Shown here one piece after another: positions 57,520-64,000 of a DNA stretch of 64,000 bases. Source of the stretch: Psammoneis japonica (Eukaryota); contig QPGO01000044.1 of NCBI GenBank assembly GCA_008632985.1, positions 124,001 to 188,000 on the forward strand. Reading direction: 5' to 3'. The position numbers and the translations under genes were made by a program. Under the pieces are notes generated by a model. The model made no database searches. It saw nothing but the letters and a program-made list of their open reading frames with translations, and was not told the DNA's origin. Numbering within the stretch: the first letter of the stretch is position 1; every line of letters begins with the position of its first letter.

Positions 57520-59233
57520 GCAGTGTGTTGTTGTCTCATGCACAAGGGGGCAAAGTGGTGTCTCTTGACCAACTTCGAAACATGAAAACCAGGAATCTGT
57601 GCAGGAGGGAAAGGCTGAAAAGAGCAAGTGCCAGGGGGCAAAGAGAGAGCAGCCTCTCTTCTTGGTGTGCCGTGCGCAGGATTGGCCTCGGGCCTGGCTC
57701 TGGTGCCACACAAAAAAAAACTCGTGTGCTCCATTGCCCACTGTTGCCACAAGAAAGACACGCCTTGGCATGCCTTGAGTGCATCAGCAGGAACAAAGTG
57801 TGTCATGAGAAGCCCTTGACTTGTGTGTGGGTGAAAGGGCACTGATGGGGGCCAGTGAGTGTGCACCAGGCCTGTTCCAGCCCCAGCACCAGGTGACATG
57901 AGCAATCCATCATCGCGCGAAAGGCCGATTTTCTGTGCAGCCCAGCACATTGAACTCCTTCAAATTAGATTGTTTCGAAAATCAAAAGATGAGTGCACAA
58001 AAAACCAACAAAAGCTTTGTTCACACTCACCCTTCAATTTGAAAAAAAAAGATTTTGAAGGAGTTCATTGTGCCAAATGCAAAAATGGGCCAGTGATGGT
58101 GGCTGGGAGTTGAGCCTGTGAGCATCACCTGGAGCTGGAACAGGCTGCCAGCACCTTTGCATAAAGATTTTTCTGGTTTGCATGCTGTGTCTGCTCCCAG
58201 ACTTTCTTGCTGCTTTGCGGGCACTGCTCACTCTTTTTTTCCAACAGTGCTCAAATGCCCCCAACCAAAAATTTGGTCTTGTGATGGCAGCTTCACCAGC
58301 ACTTTGTGGATCAACAGGATTTTTCTCTCCTTGCTCAGCAGAGCCACACCCAGCTAAAGTGAAATCTCTGCTCCTCATGGTGCAAAGAGGTTGGAACTTC
58401 CTTGGTGTGCAGCATGCTCATTTGCAAAGAGAGCCGCGCTGCTCTTTTTTTCAGTTGCCCCCCCCCCCCCCCCCAAAGAAAGCTGCTTTTCTCGTTCTTC
58501 TTTGGCAACAGCCCACAAACAAGAATGTTCCTGCACAAAAAGAGCTTGATTTTGCAACAGAGCCATTTTGCCAATGCTTTTGTGGAGCACTGAGATTTTT
58601 CCCTCCTTGTCTGGCACCTGACCAAAGCAAATCTGCCCCTGTGCACAATGTGCTGGTGTGCAAGAGCTGCAAGTCAACAGGTGCAAGAGACAGAGCAGCA
58701 AAGAAAAACAACGGCAAAAGCAGCAAAAAATGCTGCAGACCAGTGACAACCAAAAGGAGCTTCTTGTCACTTCAGCATGTGACACATTCTTGAAGACTTG
58801 AGCCAGCGGCTGTGTGGGCTGCGGCTGTGTGGGCTGCACGCAGACAAGCACGTGCTGCCAAGTTCTCAGTCACAGCGAGCTCGCTCCTCCTGCCTCCATG
58901 CAAAGAGCCAATGGTGATGGCTCACATTGCACAAGTGAACCATGGAGGTGGTTTTCTGGGTTTCCAAAATCATTGTGTGGCTGAAATGAGCAGGTCTTTC
59001 ACTCCTGCTTTTCGCACACCCTTGCAGACCTGCTCCCATGTTTTGGGAGCGACAGCGAGCGACGGCGGCGCGCGCACACGCGCACCACTCTCAACTCCAT
59101 CCCCCAGCAGGCCAGCCACACGGGCAAGCACCAGCAACACACAGCGAAGAGCACCGAAACGTGCACCGAAACAAAACATGAGGTGCAAATCGCCGATGTC
59201 GGATGTCGGCAGTCGAACAGACCACAGACCGCT
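57520..59233. other. Isolated TpA-depleted island, probably a decayed TE insertion
   Basis: Only three TA dinucleotides counted by eye in ~1.7 kb (~57966, 58162, 58355). No credible ORF; flanks are TA-rich. Confidence 0.7.
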
Positions 59234-59332
59234 CTATCTAAAGCACCGGTAGATAGACTTGAGACTACCGGCAGCAGCTACTAGCGAGGTTAAAGGTCGC
59301 GGCGCTGTCGAAACAGACATATCAGCAGCACC

Positions 59333-60073
59333 ATGTCATCGTCAGTGTCGAAAAAGCGCAAGGCAAGCGCCTCATGCAACGAAGAAGCCATGGTAAATCC
59401 TGCCAAGGTTTCGCGTAGCGACAACAGCAACAACTCAAAGACAACCACTGCTACTGCCACCAACATCACAAACGGTGGCAGCGCAAAAAGCAATAACAAT
59501 CACGACTATGAACCGCTCTCATTGAATGACATTCGCAATCGCATTATTCAATTATCGTCTCGCGTTCCGGTTGTTCCTCCCGAGGGATTGGACGATTCCG
59601 ATCAAGCCCAAGTCAAGGATTGGGCCGCCCAGCTGCAAGCCGTGGTTGAAGAATTCAACTTGTTGCTTTGCTGCATAAGTGCAGCGACCTACAAATGGGG
59701 CTCCGAACGCAGCGGTGCGGCCGACCAAAACTTGAGCGTTCTGAGTGGTGAATTAGCCAATGCGCAAGAACAAATCTCGTCCACCGTGACACCCCGTTTG
59801 ACCAACGTCTTGGCACCCGTCGTCGACTTGGTTGTCGACAAGATCGTCACGACGACAAAGGAGGACGGCACGCAAGTCAAACAAAATTACTTTTCACGAC
59901 AACAGGTGGATCCTGCCTTTTTGAAGCTTTGTCAGACAATTTTGTGTCGAAATTCCAAACTGCTGAGACAGGTGGTTCTGGCAAACTTTCACAAGATTGA
60001 AGTGTGCATTGGTGACTACATCGAGGCGCAGCTCAAGGACAGCCAACACGACAGCCGTGGGTTTGCTTATTAA
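59333..60073 (+). CDS. Hypothetical protein (basic NLS-like N-terminus, helical domain)
   Basis: Clean 246-aa ATG..TAA ORF with normal composition and a KKRK motif. Confidence 0.8.
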   Translation: MSSSVSKKRKASASCNEEAMVNPAKVSRSDNSNNSKTTTATATNITNGGSAKSNNNHDYEPLSLNDIRNRIIQLSSRVPVVPPEGLDDSDQAQVKDWAAQLQAVVEEFNLLLCCISAATYKWGSERSGAADQNLSVLSGELANAQEQISSTVTPRLTNVLAPVVDLVVDKIVTTTKEDGTQVKQNYFSRQQVDPAFLKLCQTILCRNSKLLRQVVLANFHKIEVCIGDYIEAQLKDSQHDSRGFAY

Positions 60074-60646
60074 CTTTTAATACAAGATTTTTGTAAAAAT
60101 ATGTAAAGGAATTACAGTAATGCAAGTACGGTAGGTCCTCTTATTAGGGCCTACATGCCACCTATCTCAATCACACTGGTACGATTTTATTGCAGTATGA
60201 TACTCCTTTGTTACTCTAAAGTATGAATGATAAAACCGCGATTACGGGGAAAAGGTACAAGAAATTATTTCGATATGGGATCGTCGGTGGTGGCACTGTC
60301 TCTATCTACAGTCTTCATCATCTCTCACTTTCAGACCACGAAATAGATCCTTTTCCTACCCGACTTACATGACACCACCAACAAAAGAGGCCATAACCTG
60401 ACACCATAGCTCAATTACTTTATAGGACAAAAGTAAGGTATGATACCTCTAGATTTCGTTTCTCACAGCAATTTTGGTGTAAGTGAAAATCTCTTTTTCA
60501 TAGTTCACAGTATAATAGCAAATATCTCAACGAAATAACAAACGAGTCGCCCCTACAGCTCCATATTCTATAGATAATGCTAATCGGATCTCAAGAGATA
60601 TTCTGTGCAGGTGGAACGTCAAGTTCCCTTGGTTGTCACTAATGTT

Positions 60647-61759
60647 TCAATATATGAAATGGTCGCTTCCTGGCCCGACGGGTTTACACGTCAAGGTTGC
60701 AATGCAAGCTCTCAGTTTCAAGCTCCAAACCTTTACTGTTCGGTTTTGAGCCAACGAGATAACCGTGTTGGGGTCCATCATGTCGAGAGCATAAATCCAA
60801 TGGCTATGACCCGTCCAAGTGTCAATGCACTCTCCCGAGTTTGCGTTCCAAAGCTTTATCGTTTTATCCGAAGACGCAGAGAGAATCACGTTGCTTTTTC
60901 TCGGAACAATAATGGAATTGACATCGTCCAAATGCCCTACAAATGTTTGAAGGTTTTCTCCCGTGTCCACGTTCCACAGCTTGACCGTGTTGTCCCACGA
61001 GCCCGAAAGAAGCAGCGTACAATTGTCCTTGATACCTGCAAGACACGTGACAAAATGGCCGTGTCCCGTCAATGTACGGATACATTCTTTATCAGATCTG
61101 CTCCAAATCTTGATTGTCTTGTCATGCGAACTCGACGCAAATCGATTGGAGTCAATCGATGCAACGCTCACGACATAGCGAGAATGACCCGTGCACGTTT
61201 GGATGCACTTGCCCGTGTTTACATTCCACAGCTTGATGGTCTTATCGTACGATCCGGAAATAAGGATATCGGCAGTAGGCATGACTGCGAGCGACGTTAC
61301 GATATGAGAATGACCCGCGAACGTTCTCATGCATTCACCCGTGTCTATGTCCCATTGCTTGATTGTTTTGTCAAACGACCCCGTCACAAACGAAGAATCG
61401 TCTACTCGTTCCATACAAACAATTCCAGGATTGTGACCCGAGTGACCGTGAATGGCTCGAACGCGTTTTCCTGTAGATCGTCGCCAAATCAGGAGGCTTC
61501 CATTATCATGTCCGGAAACAAACAGTTCGCCGCCCATTGACAAAATCGAAAGTGGCTTGGATGAAAATTCTGTCGTGTGCTGCTGGGGCCGGTCTTGTTT
61601 TGTTGGATCTAGGTTCGAATCATCATATCTGTAGTCAACATTTTGATGGCGTGGAGGCTTGTGAAGATTCTTGCTGCTGGAGGACATGGCATCTTTTGGA
61701 GCTTGAGCGTCAAGAAGAAACGAGACAGAGCGAGACCCACCTTTTCGTGGGTTATTCAT
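60647..61759 (-). CDS. WD40-repeat protein (~7 repeats)
   Basis: Repeated GH...SGS.DKTIKLW(N/D) units. Confidence 0.92.
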   Translation of the reverse strand: MNNPRKGGSRSVSFLLDAQAPKDAMSSSSKNLHKPPRHQNVDYRYDDSNLDPTKQDRPQQHTTEFSSKPLSILSMGGELFVSGHDNGSLLIWRRSTGKRVRAIHGHSGHNPGIVCMERVDDSSFVTGSFDKTIKQWDIDTGECMRTFAGHSHIVTSLAVMPTADILISGSYDKTIKLWNVNTGKCIQTCTGHSRYVVSVASIDSNRFASSSHDKTIKIWSRSDKECIRTLTGHGHFVTCLAGIKDNCTLLLSGSWDNTVKLWNVDTGENLQTFVGHLDDVNSIIVPRKSNVILSASSDKTIKLWNANSGECIDTWTGHSHWIYALDMMDPNTVISLAQNRTVKVWSLKLRACIATLTCKPVGPGSDHFIY

Positions 61760-62283
61760 TTCAGCTATTGATTTTCCTCTTTCAGCGAAAGCATCTGCCG
61801 AGATGGTGGCTTGTTTAATGACCCTTCCTTCTCTACCGGTACTTACTTACCGAGAGAGACTACAATTCGCAAAAAAAGTGGCCGCTTGATCTCTCGTTTA
61901 TATCAAGTATTCATACATAAAGTTTTATTTTAAATATGTTTCATAACAGATTCTAAGGCTTTCATAGTTTTCACATGTAAATCTCAGGTATATACGCATA
62001 AGTGTACAGATAACGTTCATTAAAGAAATACGTTGGCAACTCCCGTACACAACCTACGGTATAGTACACGCATGTACAGAAGTACGGACACCGCAGTAGT
62101 GCAACATGTTCGAAAGCTTTCGAACGCCAATTCCAGTACGCGCTGTACGGGGCACAACGCACGTCGTGAAGAAACGACGTGGTAGGTCGGTCGCGATCTT
62201 TTTCCCAACGCGCGACATCCAGCACATTCCCAATTTTTCTCGAGCGTCCTTGCCACGGTCATCGTCATCACAAAGACACCATC

Positions 62284-63395
62284 ATGGATACCCCACCTCA
62301 TGCTCTGGAGGTATCGCCTGCATCAGAGTTGACATTTACGCTTTCCCGTGCGTCGAGTGGAGCGGATGCAACTCCACGATGCACTTTGACTCTTCGTCAC
62401 CCAGGCAACACCGATGAGCATCTCGCGTTCAAGGTACGTTCATGGATATTCGGGTGTGGTTATGCATATGCTGTCAGAACATACGGCCAGACTGGTGTAG
62501 TTTTTTTCTCAGTTTTGGTGTTTTCGTTTCTTCTTGCATGCTTGTCTTATAGGTCAAGACCACGCAGCCTAGGCGTTATCTAGTGCGCCCTAATCAGGGA
62601 TTAGTGGCTCCTCATAGCTCTGAGACTATATCTATATTACTTGTAGAGAAGGATAAGGAGGTTCTACTCCAGTCGTACGATCGCTTGGGTCAGTCGGCTC
62701 TTGATCACTCAAAGGACAAGTTTTTGGTCCAGTCTTGCTGCGTTTCCCGTGAGTTTGCAATGCGTTATATAAATGAAAAGGGAAAAGCTGACACGCTGAA
62801 AGGAGATGCCGCGACCAAGGCTTCAAAGGAGTTGGCGGAAGCTCTGACTGGAATGTGGAACGCGGTCACTGCGGGTGGAACAAATCCCGTATACAACAAA
62901 AAGCTCCACGTCCGTCACGTTGTCGGTGGTACCAGCGCTGCAGCGGCAAACGCAAGCAAGCCACCGGTTCAGCCTCACGACAAGTCGCTTGCAGCCATTG
63001 AAAACATGAGTGCGGAACAAATGTTTAACGAAGTATCGTCTCTTCGTAGGAAATACGATGAGCTCGTCTCGTTCTCTGTCAACTTAACTGCTGAGAGGGA
63101 TATATTGAACAACACTCTGGAGCAGACGAAGCGTGATTTGAATCGGGAAATGGCGGCACGTGCCGCCTTGGAGAACAAGCAAGGTGGAGGTGGCGCACGT
63201 GGAGGTGCAATGGTTCCCGGGGCATCGGGTTCTTCAGCAGCCGCTCTCATTTTACAGTTTTTGGTTGTCGGGATTGCGTGCTTTTTGGCAGGAGTTCGCT
63301 TGACGCAAGATGGTCGGGTGGGATTTTTGGAGGATGTTCCTGTAATTGGTGGCATGTTCAAAGTTGACGATGATACTGGCACCGCTGAAGCTTGA
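62284..63395 (+). CDS. VAP: VAMP-associated protein (MSP domain, coiled coil, C-terminal TM); intron 62434-62552
   Basis: Splicing GT(62434)..AG(62552) restores the VAP signature FKVKTTQPRRYLVRPN. KDKFLVQ and a hydrophobic tail are present. Confidence 0.93.
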
Positions 63396-64000
63396 GAGAT
63401 ACGTTGACATGGGTTTTGTAACAGACGAATTTTCAGAAATCTTGGTTGTCAATGTGCCACGGGTGCTATGGAAAGGAAATTGGTTGTATTTGTATTACAA
63501 AGCCACATGTACGTTAATTCGACTATAAGAAATACTGGAGAATGCCGAACTGGTTTGTGAGGTAGCTGTAGATCAAGGAATCAATCTTAGACACAGGTCT
63601 TTGGTCTTTTTGTGATTTAATGAAAGCTCGCTCATGGATATGCGCTGGTCATGGCTGGTCCACTAGCAGCATGTCGGACTTCTTCACTCTTTCGGCCATG
63701 TTACTTTCAACACGCATTTGCCTACCTGTAGGGCCCTCTAGTAGAGTATTGTGATGACCCACCCTCAATAAAACTCGGTAGCCTACTCACGTCGGCCCGT
63801 CCAGAGCCACCACTGTGAATCGATGGTACCTGCTCTAGAAAGTAGATGCAATTGCGCTTTCGCTTCTTGGCTCTTGAAGTGTCCAGTCGAAGGCGAAATT
63901 CTCATCGGACTACCATCTATTGGTGCTCTCTAGCTAGAGAGGGCCCGTACTTCCTGACTCTAGAGAGTACTTCTAGTACAGAGAAAGTTACAGTAAGGTT

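Noticed and set aside
59234..59284. Hairpin tctatcta..tagataga followed by CTAG as a Helitron 3' end
   Set aside because: AT-rich stem, atypical spacing to CTAG, no matching 5' end, and it lies outside the TA-depleted island.
60605..61540. 311-aa plus-strand ORF
   Set aside because: Antisense shadow of the WD40 gene.

Overview
Eukaryotic DNA, most likely from a pennate diatom. This is inferred from a CoDi-type Ty1/copia element, short GT-AG introns, a bipartite plastid-targeting-like N-terminus and diatom-type repeat families; the species cannot be determined. The window alternates sharply between two compartments. (1) Repeat domains at ~1-31150, ~35800-44800 and an isolated island at ~57520-59230. 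They hold a full-length copia element (4294-11362; 276-bp LTRs; TGCAG target-site duplication), a decayed Plavaka-like transposase with accessory ORFs, LINE fragments and many duplications. (2) Host-gene domains: a multi-exon metzincin protease with 10 GACC repeats, a kinesin-6, a DUF1647-like protein, a PAP2/IPC-synthase-like protein, an ankyrin/coiled-coil protein, a frameshifted plastid protein, an unknown protein, a WD40 protein and a VAP. The main observation is that repeat domains are almost devoid of TpA, which has been converted to TpG/CpA on both strands after integration. Three internal comparisons show this. The two LTRs differ only at YpR dinucleotides. Conserved Tyr codons of the TE proteins have become Cys/His. 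A copied fragment of the intact ankyrin gene carries TA>TG/CA changes relative to its parent. This looks like a repeat- or chromatin-targeted A:T>G:C hypermutation system, opposite in direction to fungal RIP and faster than the co-occurring CpG decay. I do not know of a described mechanism for it, but could not search the literature. Most short ORFs listed in the repeat domains are artefacts of lost TAA/TAG stops.
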